Shown here piece by piece: positions 27,970 through 37,767 of a stretch of 64,000 nt of DNA; position 1 is the stretch's first letter; each line of letters begins with the position of its first letter. A program made the position numbers and the translations under genes. Under the pieces are notes generated by a model that was not told the origin of the DNA, made no database searches, and saw nothing but the letters and a program-made list of their open reading frames with translations. The stretch comes from Candidatus Helarchaeota archaeon (GTDB taxonomy: Archaea > Asgardarchaeota > Lokiarchaeia > Helarchaeales > RDOG01): NCBI GenBank assembly GCA_019058315.1, contig JAHPZH010000003.1, positions 748,451-812,450 of the forward strand. Reading direction: 5' to 3'.

Positions 27970-29790
27970 ATGACTTTAAAATTTAATGTATTGCGTATAA
28001 ATTTGGATTCATATCATTTAATGTCAGGACTTCCTTATGCAGAAGAAGAGATTTCAAATGATATATTAAGATTATATATTGGGGGAAAAGGGATAGGAAC
28101 AAAGATTATTTGGGAAGAAGTAAAGGAGGATGTTGATCCTCTTGGTCCTAAAAACAAATTAATTTTCGTTACTGGTCCAGTTACAGGAACTCGATTGGCA
28201 ACTGCTAATAGATATGGTGTTCTATTTAAAAGTCCTTTAACTGGAATTTATGCAGAAAGTTATTCAGGTGGTTTTCTTGCACCTAAGATACGAGCTTCCG
28301 GATTTGATGTAATAATTATTGAAGGTAAAGCTGAAAAACCGATTTATTTAGTAATTGATGATGGAAAAGTAGAATTTAAAAATGCTGAAAGTCTTTGGGG
28401 TCTTAATTCTTATGAAACTGAAGATAATATTAAAAACACAGAAGGAAAAGATTTTCGAGTATTATGTATCGGACCTGCTGGTGAAAATCTTGTAAAAATT
28501 GCATGTATTCAAAATGATAAATGGCATTCTGCAGGTCGCTGTGGGGCAGGTGCTGTTATGGGTAGTAAGAATCTAAAGGCTATTGTATTTCGTGGAACTA
28601 AGAAACCTCAAGTTGATAACCCTAAATATTTTGATGAAGTTGTTAAAGAGACTTTGGCAAACATCCGAGAAAGAGATGCTGCGTATGGAAAGGAAGGAGC
28701 ATTTCCTTATTATGGCACACCCGGGATGGTTAACACTTCTAATTCGGTAGGTTTTTTCCCTACAAGGTATTGGTCTCAAGGAAGATCCGAATTTAAAGAT
28801 GAAATAGGTCCTGAAAAGATGATTGAAACCATTTTGATTAAACGGACAGCTTGTTGGAACTGTCCCTTTGGATGTTCCAAACTATGCGAAGTCAAGGACG
28901 GTCCTTATCAATGTAAAGTTGAAGGTCCAGAATATGAGACAATTTATGCATTTGGAGGATTATGTGATATAAGAGACTTAAATGCTATTGCAAAAATAAA
29001 TGATTATTGTGACAAAATGGGTTTAGATACAATCAGTGCAGGAAATATAGCCGCCTTTGCAATAGAAGCAAAACGAGCTGGTAAAATTAATGTTGATTTT
29101 AATCTTGATTATAATAATCCTGATTCTGTATTAAAAATCCTTGAATTAATTACTTTTAGAAAGGGAGTTGGAGACATTTTTGCAGATGGAACCCGTGAAG
29201 CTGCAAAAAAACTTGGATTAGAAAAAATAGCAGTTCATAGCAAAGGTCTAGAATTTGGTGGATATGAACCACGTGCATTTCGAGGTATGGCACTGAGTTT
29301 TGCGGTTTCACCTATTGGACCAACCCATTTAAGAAGTACGGTCTTTGCAGCTGAAGGAACTATGCCGAAAGAGTTACGCTTATCTTATGAGAATAAGGCG
29401 GAATTAGTCAAAGATTGGGAGGATAGAATGACAATTATTGATGCATTAATTATATGCAAATTCACTCGTGGAGTTATGAATTGGGAATTGTTATCTAAAA
29501 TATATTCTGCAATTTTTGGAGTTGATACAACGGTGGAAGAATTAAAAGAAATTGGTTCTAGGATTAATACTTTAAGTCGTATGTATAATATTAGAGAAGG
29601 ATTATCGCGTAAAGATGATAAACTACCAGACCGTTTTTTTGAAGAACCTTTACCAGAAGACCCAGATCATATTCTCGATAGAACCAAATTTAATGCGATG
29701 CTTGATGAATATTACAAACTGCGTGGCTGGGATGCCGATGGAAAGCCAACCAAAGAGACTTTAAAAAATTTGAAATTAATTTCAAATTGA
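27970..29790 (+). CDS. aor: Tungsten-type aldehyde:ferredoxin oxidoreductase family protein
   Basis: IGGKGIG, KSPLTG, IGPAGE, AGRCGAGAVMGSKNLKA, CxxCxxxC, EYET, GLDTIS, YY..RGWD. Confidence 0.93.
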   Translation: MTLKFNVLRINLDSYHLMSGLPYAEEEISNDILRLYIGGKGIGTKIIWEEVKEDVDPLGPKNKLIFVTGPVTGTRLATANRYGVLFKSPLTGIYAESYSGGFLAPKIRASGFDVIIIEGKAEKPIYLVIDDGKVEFKNAESLWGLNSYETEDNIKNTEGKDFRVLCIGPAGENLVKIACIQNDKWHSAGRCGAGAVMGSKNLKAIVFRGTKKPQVDNPKYFDEVVKETLANIRERDAAYGKEGAFPYYGTPGMVNTSNSVGFFPTRYWSQGRSEFKDEIGPEKMIETILIKRTACWNCPFGCSKLCEVKDGPYQCKVEGPEYETIYAFGGLCDIRDLNAIAKINDYCDKMGLDTISAGNIAAFAIEAKRAGKINVDFNLDYNNPDSVLKILELITFRKGVGDIFADGTREAAKKLGLEKIAVHSKGLEFGGYEPRAFRGMALSFAVSPIGPTHLRSTVFAAEGTMPKELRLSYENKAELVKDWEDRMTIIDALIICKFTRGVMNWELLSKIYSAIFGVDTTVEELKEIGSRINTLSRMYNIREGLSRKDDKLPDRFFEEPLPEDPDHILDRTKFNAMLDEYYKLRGWDADGKPTKETLKNLKLISN

Positions 29791-29810
29791 AATACAGGAA
29801 ATTAAATAAA

Positions 29811-31454
29811 ATGGATATATTAATAAAAAATGGGACAATTATTGATGGAACTGGCTCTCCTAGCTATGAATCAGATATTTTAATAAAAGATGACAAAATT
29901 CTTAAAATTGCTTCCAATATAAACGTAGATACTAGCGTTAAGGTCATTGATGCATCAAATAAAATAGTAACACCAGGTTTTATTGATATTCACAATCATG
30001 CTGACTTTAACATACTTGATGCTACTAAAGCCGAGTCTTTTGTAATGCAAGGAATGACCACCTTACTTGTGGGTCTATGTGGAACTGGCGTGACTCCCAC
30101 CTCTGAGGTCGTGGAAAAATATTATTCTGATTTTATGAGTAAAGCACTTAGCATTGAACCTAAATTATTTGAAAATTTACAGCAATTTCAGGAAGTTCTT
30201 GAACGAGAGGGTATTTCTATTAATTTAGCCTTATTAATACCCCATGGAAATGTAAGAGCTTGTGTATTAGGATTAGATATGCGTCCAGCAACGGAAGAAG
30301 AACTTGAAAAGATGAAAAAGATTGTTGAACAGAATATGGAATTTGGTGCATTCGGATTATCTACAGGATTAGTTTATCCCCCGGGATCCGCGACACCAAC
30401 AGAGGAATTGATTGAACTTTCAAAAATAGTGAGTAAATATGATGGCATTTATGATTCGCATATGAGAAATGAAGGTGATGGAGTTATTGATATTGGAATG
30501 AGTGAATTAATTCGTATAGCGAGAGAAGCGAACATAAGGGCACATATCTCCCATTGGCAAGTTATAAGCAGATATAAATATAAGAAATTAACTCCAGAGG
30601 CCATAAATCTTGTAGAAAAAGCACACAATGAAGGACTTCGAATTACTGCAGATGTTGTCCCATATGATGATGGTGTTACGAATCTGGCTTATATTTTATT
30701 AGAAACATGGGTATTTGATAATCTTAAAGAGAATTTAAGCAATTTAGAAACGAGAGAACGGATAAAAAAGGAAATTTTCGAAAGAATATACTCAATGTTT
30801 GTAGCAAATGCACCATTTTACCTACATTTAATTCCAAAATTTTTAATAAAAAGAATAATTTACAAAGCATTAAGTAAACGTGTTCATATACTCTTTACTG
30901 TTAAGAGTCATCAATTTGAGGGAAAATCACTTTATGAGGTTTTAACAACCCTTTATCCTAATAAAAAAATAGAGGATGCATTGTTGGATTTTATAAGAGA
31001 TGAAGATGGAGGAGTTGTAATCAGACACCAGTTGAAAAATGAAGAAAAAAGTGTAATTCCTCTTTATAAACAACCTTATGTATGCCCCTCTTCTGATGCT
31101 TCTTTAGTAATAAGAGGAAACAGCCATCCACGTGCATTTGGGGCGTTTCCACGAGTGATACAAAGATGGGTTAGGGAAAAGAACATTACTAATTTGGAAG
31201 AGGCAATTAGAAAGATGACCTCATTACCAGCTTCAATTCTTGGGATAACAGATCGTGGAGTATTAAAAGATGGAAATAAAGCCGACTTAGTCATTTTCGA
31301 CTTTAACAAAATCGAAGAAAAAGGTACAATAGCAAATGGTTGTCAACATCCTGAAGGAATTGAGTATGTTATCATCAATGGTGAAATTACGGTCTCTGAG
31401 GGGAAGCACTTAGGAGTTTTAAAAGGTAGGGTTTTAAAACATCCTAAAAAATGA
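29811..31454 (+). CDS. N-acyl-D-amino-acid deacylase (D-aminoacylase) family amidohydrolase
   Basis: MDILIKNG.IIDGTG, PGFIDIHNHAD, GLSTGL.YPPG, SHMRNE, HPRAFGAFPR. ATG at 29811 preferred over the overlapping TTG at 29787. Confidence 0.9.
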   Translation: MDILIKNGTIIDGTGSPSYESDILIKDDKILKIASNINVDTSVKVIDASNKIVTPGFIDIHNHADFNILDATKAESFVMQGMTTLLVGLCGTGVTPTSEVVEKYYSDFMSKALSIEPKLFENLQQFQEVLEREGISINLALLIPHGNVRACVLGLDMRPATEEELEKMKKIVEQNMEFGAFGLSTGLVYPPGSATPTEELIELSKIVSKYDGIYDSHMRNEGDGVIDIGMSELIRIAREANIRAHISHWQVISRYKYKKLTPEAINLVEKAHNEGLRITADVVPYDDGVTNLAYILLETWVFDNLKENLSNLETRERIKKEIFERIYSMFVANAPFYLHLIPKFLIKRIIYKALSKRVHILFTVKSHQFEGKSLYEVLTTLYPNKKIEDALLDFIRDEDGGVVIRHQLKNEEKSVIPLYKQPYVCPSSDASLVIRGNSHPRAFGAFPRVIQRWVREKNITNLEEAIRKMTSLPASILGITDRGVLKDGNKADLVIFDFNKIEEKGTIANGCQHPEGIEYVIINGEITVSEGKHLGVLKGRVLKHPKK

Positions 31455-31512
31455 GTTTTTAGATAGTTCGAAAAATAAAAATTTTAATAATTAAATATTA
31501 TTAAAATAAATA

Positions 31513-31549
31513 TTTATAAAAAAAAATATTTCATAAACGAAATATTTTT
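31513..31549 (+). promoter_or_regulatory. TATA box followed by an 11-bp inverted repeat (likely MarR auto-operator)
   Basis: tttataaa followed by aaaaatatttc-ataaac-gaaatattttt (31522-31549), immediately upstream of the MarR gene. Confidence 0.6.
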
Positions 31550-31576
31550 ATAACCGAAGTAATTATACATATATCT

Positions 31577-32026
31577 GTGAAAAATATGGTTTCTCAAGAA
31601 AAAATTGAACGATTTATAAATGCATTTACTGGGCTTTCCAAAGTAATTACAAACATGGAGTCGTATAGTAAATATGAAGACTTATCAAAACTTGAATTAT
31701 TTTGCCTAGAAGGTTGTTATGGAGAAAATGGTCTTAAAATGAGTCAAATTGCAAGAAAGCTTGGAGTTTGTATGAGTACAACAACAGGACTTATTGATAG
31801 AATGGTTGAAAAAGATTTAGCTAATCGAGAAAGAAATCCTGGTGACCGACGTGTTGTGAAAGTTAAATTAACTGAAAAAGGCAACAAAATAGCAGGAGAA
31901 TTAAAAAAACAAAGTGAAAAGTGGGTTGAAATGCTATTAAGTTTACTTACTCTTGAAGAACAAGATAATTTTATTTTAATTCTAGAAAAATTATCTAAAA
32001 TAATTAATGGAGGTAAATCAAAATAA
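31577..32026 (+). CDS. MarR-family regulator
   Basis: MSQIARKLGV..STTTGLIDRM..K.L..R..NPGDRRVV.V.LTEKG. Confidence 0.93.
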   Translation: MKNMVSQEKIERFINAFTGLSKVITNMESYSKYEDLSKLELFCLEGCYGENGLKMSQIARKLGVCMSTTTGLIDRMVEKDLANRERNPGDRRVVKVKLTEKGNKIAGELKKQSEKWVEMLLSLLTLEEQDNFILILEKLSKIINGGKSK

Positions 32027-32136
32027 ATTTCCCTACTAATAATAATATACAGACCACTCCTTTTTACTCGAAAGATATTGATTCCTCAATAAATTTTGAG
32101 GGTAGGCAAAATCTAGGAGTAATAACGGATTCAGAT

Positions 32137-32547
32137 ATGAATTTATACGATAATATTCATCATCTTTATCTATTTATGCCCAATGGAGTTTGTATTTATC
32201 ATCATCCATTTAAAATTAATCCAGAGATTGAGCCACAATTAGTTTCTGGAGGTTTTACTGGAATTTTTTCGCTCATTCAATTATTTACAAGTAGTCAATC
32301 AAGAATTAAAATTGTAGAACAGGAAGAGATGACAATTCTATTCGAACATGGAGAAATTGTTAGTGCAGCTTTGATAACGGAAAAGAATTTGGGTTTATAT
32401 AGAAGTCAATTGAAAAAATTAATTCAAGTTATAGAAGATGATTTTAGAGAAGAATTGCAATTATTTAAAGGAAATATTACTCAATTTCGAAAGATAAGAG
32501 ATTATATTGAAAAGTTTTTTGAAATTAATGGAAATATTAAATTATAA
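32137..32547 (+). CDS. Stand-alone longin-like domain protein
   Basis: HLYLF..NGVCIY..F, QLVSGGFTGI, ILFEHG, F.E.L..FKGNI..F. Confidence 0.75.
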   Translation: MNLYDNIHHLYLFMPNGVCIYHHPFKINPEIEPQLVSGGFTGIFSLIQLFTSSQSRIKIVEQEEMTILFEHGEIVSAALITEKNLGLYRSQLKKLIQVIEDDFREELQLFKGNITQFRKIRDYIEKFFEINGNIKL

Positions 32548-32554
32548 TATTAAA

Positions 32555-33118
32555 TTATTTTTTTTGACGGGATTTATTAAAAATAGTTACGGTAGCTAAG
32601 CTTTCCATTGCGACTGCTTTGGTATCTTCATTTATTACCTTTAGATCAATATCAATGTAATATCTATTTTTTCCTTTAATTTCCTGAAAATATTTTTTGA
32701 TAATTTCAGCGGTAACCACAATTTTATCGTCAATTTTGACTGCATCTTTAAATACTTGATTCTTTATAGAAATTAGCGCAACCCCTTCTCCAACTAATTT
32801 GGATCCAACCACTCCTGAACCAAAGCTTGCCACAAGGATTCCATGTGCAATATTTGTTTTAAACATTTTCAGACTTTTTCCATAATCCAGATCGACATGA
32901 ATTGGATTATAATCGTTTGAAATCATAGCATATAAGAGAATAATTTTTCGAGTTACTTTAATATGAAGTGATGTTTTATCACCAACATTCAACTCATCCC
33001 AGTATGTTGGTTTTAATTTTATTTTAGGAATTTGGTTAATTAATTCATCGATATTTAATTGTTCAAGTATTGGTGGTAATTTATATTTGATATGTTCATC
33101 TCTTGGCGTATTTATCAC
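32555..33118 (-). CDS. MaoC-family (R)-enoyl-CoA hydratase
   Basis: SNDYNPIHVD..IAHG hotdog motif. Confidence 0.9.
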   Translation of the reverse strand: MINTPRDEHIKYKLPPILEQLNIDELINQIPKIKLKPTYWDELNVGDKTSLHIKVTRKIILLYAMISNDYNPIHVDLDYGKSLKMFKTNIAHGILVASFGSGVVGSKLVGEGVALISIKNQVFKDAVKIDDKIVVTAEIIKKYFQEIKGKNRYYIDIDLKVINEDTKAVAMESLATVTIFNKSRQKK

Positions 33119-33160
33119 CTGTATTCTTTTTTATTTTATTCGTATGAATTTAGATGTGCT

Positions 33161-34330
33161 TTATCTTTCTATTATTATTGAGCTTCTAGTTGCATATTTT
33201 TCTAGTGCTTTTTCATCGAGTTTAACACCCCATCCAGGACCTTCAGGGACGTCAACTGTTCCTTTAGAGGAAATAAGGGACTTTTCTATAAGGTCATCTT
33301 CATACATTTGTGGAAATATTTCGGGGGCATATCCAAGAGAATTATATCTGGCAGTTGCTAAATGAATATGCATTGCAGATCCAATACCTAGGGGTTGGGT
33401 ATGAATAACAGTACCTAATCCTCTTTGTTCGGCATAAATTATTACTCTGATGGCATTAGTAATTCCACCTGGTTTTTCAGCGTTTACTCCAACAGCTCCA
33501 ACAGCTTTCAATTCGACTAATGTAATAAAGTCTTGGATTGAATAAAAGCTCTCATGAGTAAATAACGGAGTATCTACACGATTTTGTATATAAACCAAAC
33601 CTAATAAGTTGTTTTTATTGATTGGTTGCTCCACTAATTCAATTCCAAAGGGTTCGATCGCTTTAATTGAACGGACCGCTTCTAATGGGCTATATGCTTG
33701 ATTATAATCGACGCGTAATCTTATATCAGGTCCTACAATATCCCTAACCTTTTCAATGATCTCTACATCTTCTTGGATTTTTCTTCCCAGTTTAATTCGA
33801 AAACTCTTATAGCCTGATTTAAGAAAACTCTTTACGAGAAATGTAGTAGTTTTTATTTCTCCAAGCCCGATTAATGCTGTTAAAGGGATTTTTTCCACAC
33901 ATTTTCCACCCATAAAGTCATATGCTGGACGACCTGTAATTTGCCCCATTAAATCATAACATGCAATATCTAAAAGTGCTTTAGCTACTTCGTTTTTGGA
34001 AACATTATTATCCATTTTATACCGTATTTGTTCAATATTGAAAGGATTTTTTCCTAAAATATATTTATATAACTCACTTTGAATTGCATCTATTATTTGA
34101 TTTGGTGATACACCAGTTTCAGGTAACCAAACTAAATTTTCACTTAAACCTATATGATCATCCTTAGTTGTTAATTGACATATAATAGCTTCACCACCTT
34201 GCCATGGTTCATCCGTGGGCATGGCAAATCCTTGTTTACCTTCACTAGCATCCATTACTTCTCTTATGAGTTTTTTAAATGGAACAAAAACAGGAGTCAA
34301 TTTTATACTAATTATTTCGTCATTCATCAT
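33161..34330 (-). CDS. Enolase superfamily, muconate-lactonizing/racemase subgroup
   Basis: DIACYDL.G, RIKLG, RVDYNQ, VEQP, THES, PEGPGWGV. Confidence 0.88.
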   Translation of the reverse strand: MMNDEIISIKLTPVFVPFKKLIREVMDASEGKQGFAMPTDEPWQGGEAIICQLTTKDDHIGLSENLVWLPETGVSPNQIIDAIQSELYKYILGKNPFNIEQIRYKMDNNVSKNEVAKALLDIACYDLMGQITGRPAYDFMGGKCVEKIPLTALIGLGEIKTTTFLVKSFLKSGYKSFRIKLGRKIQEDVEIIEKVRDIVGPDIRLRVDYNQAYSPLEAVRSIKAIEPFGIELVEQPINKNNLLGLVYIQNRVDTPLFTHESFYSIQDFITLVELKAVGAVGVNAEKPGGITNAIRVIIYAEQRGLGTVIHTQPLGIGSAMHIHLATARYNSLGYAPEIFPQMYEDDLIEKSLISSKGTVDVPEGPGWGVKLDEKALEKYATRSSIIIER

Positions 34331-34343
34331 TATTCCCTCATTT

Positions 34344-36050
34344 TTAATTTTTTATTAACTCTTTAGGATAAATTTTTTTACCTCTATGGTATGTTTCTAA
34401 AATTTTAATATCAGCGAGTTTGTCAACGGGAACTGAAGTGATTATTTGATCTAAAACAACTAAATCCGCTAGTTTTCCTTTCTCTAAGCTCCCTTTTATT
34501 TTTTCCTGTCCAAGCGCATATGCAGCATTATAAGTAAACATTCTTAAAGCTTCCTTTACAGTTATTGATTGTTCAGGAACAAAACCATTTCTAGTAACGC
34601 ATATTTGTATTGCTTTTATTACATTGGGAGGTTCAATTGGGGAATCGGACGCTCCAGCTAATATAACACCAGAATCGATAATAGACCTGAAAGGATAACA
34701 ATAATTTATTCGATTGGACCCTAGTCGTTTTTCTAACCAAGTATATTCACTATTTATAAATAATGGTTGGCTAACTATAGTGATTCCAAGATCAGCGGCA
34801 TCTTTTAAAGTTTCATTGTTAATAACAGAGGCGTGCTCTATTCTACATCTTATAGAATCTTTATTTTCATTATTAATTCCTTTTAAAATATCTCTGTAAA
34901 TATCAACAATGATTTGATTGGCTCTATCACCTATAGCGTGGCAGGCTAAATGATAATTTAACTGGTAACATTCTTTAAATAAATTAAAAATCTTTTCCTT
35001 TTCTGTTACCATATAACCAATTTCTCCTTTTTGTGAATCGGTAAAAGGTTCATACATAAATGCTGTTGATGCTCCAAGATCACCATCAGCAAATCCTTTA
35101 ACTCCTCCTAAATTTATTTTGTTAGATTTGCCAACCAACTTAGATAAAGATTTTTCAAAACGATTTAATTTTTTAGCTTTTTTAGTATCTAAAAAAATTG
35201 TAAAATCTTGTTCAATCAAGTTTTTTTTAATCAAATATTTTAATAACGGTAATTCCATGCTTCCTGCTTTTCCAGAAAATCCTTGTTCCCCTTCTTGTAC
35301 AAAAAAACCGCTGGATGTTATCCCAAATGAAGATAATTCATCCGAAAATCTTTTAATTGTCTCTTTTATTATTTCAATGCTTGGTATAGGTATTTTTTCT
35401 AAAAGGTAATCTCTAGCACCTTCAGTAAAGATTCCTGTTGGTGTTCCATCATTATCTACTTGGATTTCACCTGATGATAGAGGGATTTCCTTAACATTCG
35501 ATTTATTTATACCCATATTTTTCAAGGCTATTGAATTAACGGCACAAATATGTCCGTCATATCTGAATAAAATGACTGGTCTATTAGGACATAGTGAATC
35601 TAATTTATATCTATCTGGAAAATACTGTTCATTGATATCTGTAAATCGATTTTCCATTAAATCTAAGCCTACTATCCATTCACTATCTTTCCTAATTTTA
35701 TCTTCATTTTTTAAAATTTCTTCTAATTCTGAATAACTTTTAACATTTGATAATTGAAGTTGAGTTTTATAATAGATAGAGATTATTGGATGCATATGTG
35801 CATCAATAAAACCAGGTACAATACATGAATCTGATAAATCTACTTCTTTAATTTCAATTTGATTTTTTAATTCATCATCTAATTTTTCAATAAAATCCTT
35901 AATTACATCTCTAACATTTTTTTCGTCCCCTACTGCTAAAATAGTCTCATTTAAAGTACACATTGCGTCAGCTTCTGTGTTACTCTTATCCATAGTCAAT
36001 ATTTTTCCATTATAAAATAATGTTAAATTTACATTTTCATTTAGTGTCAT
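34344..36050 (-). CDS. Amidohydrolase 3 (YtcJ-like)
   Basis: PGFIDAHMH, DGH...NS.AL, FADG, HAIGD, RIEHA, SDSP, GSLEKGKLAD. Confidence 0.9.
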   Translation of the reverse strand: MTLNENVNLTLFYNGKILTMDKSNTEADAMCTLNETILAVGDEKNVRDVIKDFIEKLDDELKNQIEIKEVDLSDSCIVPGFIDAHMHPIISIYYKTQLQLSNVKSYSELEEILKNEDKIRKDSEWIVGLDLMENRFTDINEQYFPDRYKLDSLCPNRPVILFRYDGHICAVNSIALKNMGINKSNVKEIPLSSGEIQVDNDGTPTGIFTEGARDYLLEKIPIPSIEIIKETIKRFSDELSSFGITSSGFFVQEGEQGFSGKAGSMELPLLKYLIKKNLIEQDFTIFLDTKKAKKLNRFEKSLSKLVGKSNKINLGGVKGFADGDLGASTAFMYEPFTDSQKGEIGYMVTEKEKIFNLFKECYQLNYHLACHAIGDRANQIIVDIYRDILKGINNENKDSIRCRIEHASVINNETLKDAADLGITIVSQPLFINSEYTWLEKRLGSNRINYCYPFRSIIDSGVILAGASDSPIEPPNVIKAIQICVTRNGFVPEQSITVKEALRMFTYNAAYALGQEKIKGSLEKGKLADLVVLDQIITSVPVDKLADIKILETYHRGKKIYPKELIKN

Positions 36051-36138
36051 TTCTAAATTATCTCCTTGTTAAACCCTGGAATTTGTCTAATATCTTTTTA
36101 ATCAAAAATTATTTTTATGATTTGTTCTTAAATTTGTT

Positions 36139-37692
36139 TTATGACACGTTTTTTTTCTTTTCTTCTTCACGTAGTGGGACTTTCATTATTTTCCCAGTCG
36201 GATTTTTAGGTAGATCATTGCGAAATTCCACATATTTAGGAATTTTAAAGTAAGCCAGATTTTTCTTACAGTATTCTATTATCTCTTCAGCAGTTGCAGT
36301 TTCTCCTTCTTTCATAACAATAAAGGCTTTAGGTAGTTCACCATAAATTTTATCATCTACTCCGATAACTGCTGCTAATGAAACACCAGGAAAGGTATAT
36401 AAAACTTCTTCGATTTCCCGAGGATATATATTCTCTCCGCCTCGAATTATCATATCCTTCTTGCGATCAATAATATAAAAGAAGCCATCTTCATCTACAT
36501 AACCAACATCACCAGTATAAAGCCATCCTTCTTTCAAGGTCTTAGCATTTGCTTCGGGGTTTTTGAAGTATTCTTTCATAACGTTGTCCCCTTTGATTAT
36601 AATTTCTCCCCTAGTGTTTGGAGCTACATCATTTCCATTATCATCAACAATTTTCATTTCTGTACCAGGTAGAGGCAGACCAATACTACCTATTTTCCTT
36701 CTGTCTTCAGTTTCTGTGGGCATAGGATTAACAGATGAAGCACAAGTACCTTCTGTGAGACCATAACCTTCAATGACTATACAATTAAAAGTTTTTTCAA
36801 ATTCTTTCATGACTTCTACTGGCAATGGTGCGGCTCCGCAAATTAAAAATTCCAAAGACGATAAATCTAAATTTTCATGGGGCATTCTTAAGAGTATAGA
36901 AAGGATTGTCGGAACAGCACTAAAGGTAGATGCTTTATATTTTGCAACAATTTCCCAGTGTTGTTGTGCAGAAAATCCTGGAGTTAAAATACAACTCGCA
37001 CCAATTGTAAGTGGTGTCATCAATGTCACAACTTGGGCATTTACATGAAATAGAGGTAAAATTAACATAAATCTATAGTCTTCTCGAGGGTTAAGAGCTT
37101 CCATAATCATCTCAGCATTTCTTCTTATATTGAAGTGAGTTTGTAAGACTCCTTTAGGAAAACCTGTTGTTCCAGAAGTATAAAGGATTGCAGCTGGATC
37201 CACTTTTTCATTAATTTCAACTTTTGGTGGAGCTTTTGATGAAGCTTTATCCATCAGATCTTGATAATTTAACGTACCTTCCATCGGCTCCCCAATCAAA
37301 ATTATATGATTTAAATGGGGTAATTTATCTCGAACTTCGTTCACTATCCCCATGAATTTAGGAATTGTAACTAGAATTTTTGCCTCAGAATGATTAACTA
37401 CAAATTGAGTTTCACGTGATTTAAAGTGTGCATTGACCGGACCAGCAACTGCACCTAATTTTGGAACACCTAAATAAAAATATACAAATTCGGGCATGTT
37501 AGGCAGAAATATACTTACTTTATCACCTTTTCGGATTCCTAAATTGTATAATAGATTTGCAACTTTATTTGTGATTTCATTTAATTGAGAATATGTAATT
37601 TCCATATCTTCCCAATAAATAAATACCTTATCTCCGTATTTCTTTGCTTGTTTTTCTACTAAATCACCAATTGTCATTCGAATTATCTCCAT
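36139..37692 (-). CDS. Long-chain acyl-CoA ligase (AMP-forming)
   Basis: YTSGTTGFPKG, EGYGLTE, YTGD, DRKKDMIIRGGEN, PKNPTGK. Confidence 0.95.
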   Translation of the reverse strand: MEIIRMTIGDLVEKQAKKYGDKVFIYWEDMEITYSQLNEITNKVANLLYNLGIRKGDKVSIFLPNMPEFVYFYLGVPKLGAVAGPVNAHFKSRETQFVVNHSEAKILVTIPKFMGIVNEVRDKLPHLNHIILIGEPMEGTLNYQDLMDKASSKAPPKVEINEKVDPAAILYTSGTTGFPKGVLQTHFNIRRNAEMIMEALNPREDYRFMLILPLFHVNAQVVTLMTPLTIGASCILTPGFSAQQHWEIVAKYKASTFSAVPTILSILLRMPHENLDLSSLEFLICGAAPLPVEVMKEFEKTFNCIVIEGYGLTEGTCASSVNPMPTETEDRRKIGSIGLPLPGTEMKIVDDNGNDVAPNTRGEIIIKGDNVMKEYFKNPEANAKTLKEGWLYTGDVGYVDEDGFFYIIDRKKDMIIRGGENIYPREIEEVLYTFPGVSLAAVIGVDDKIYGELPKAFIVMKEGETATAEEIIEYCKKNLAYFKIPKYVEFRNDLPKNPTGKIMKVPLREEEKKKNVS

Positions 37693-37767
37693 TTAGCTAA
37701 AAATAAATTATAAGAAAATTATAATAATCTTGTTTGCTGAGTTAAAAAAGTTAATTGGTGATTTTGA

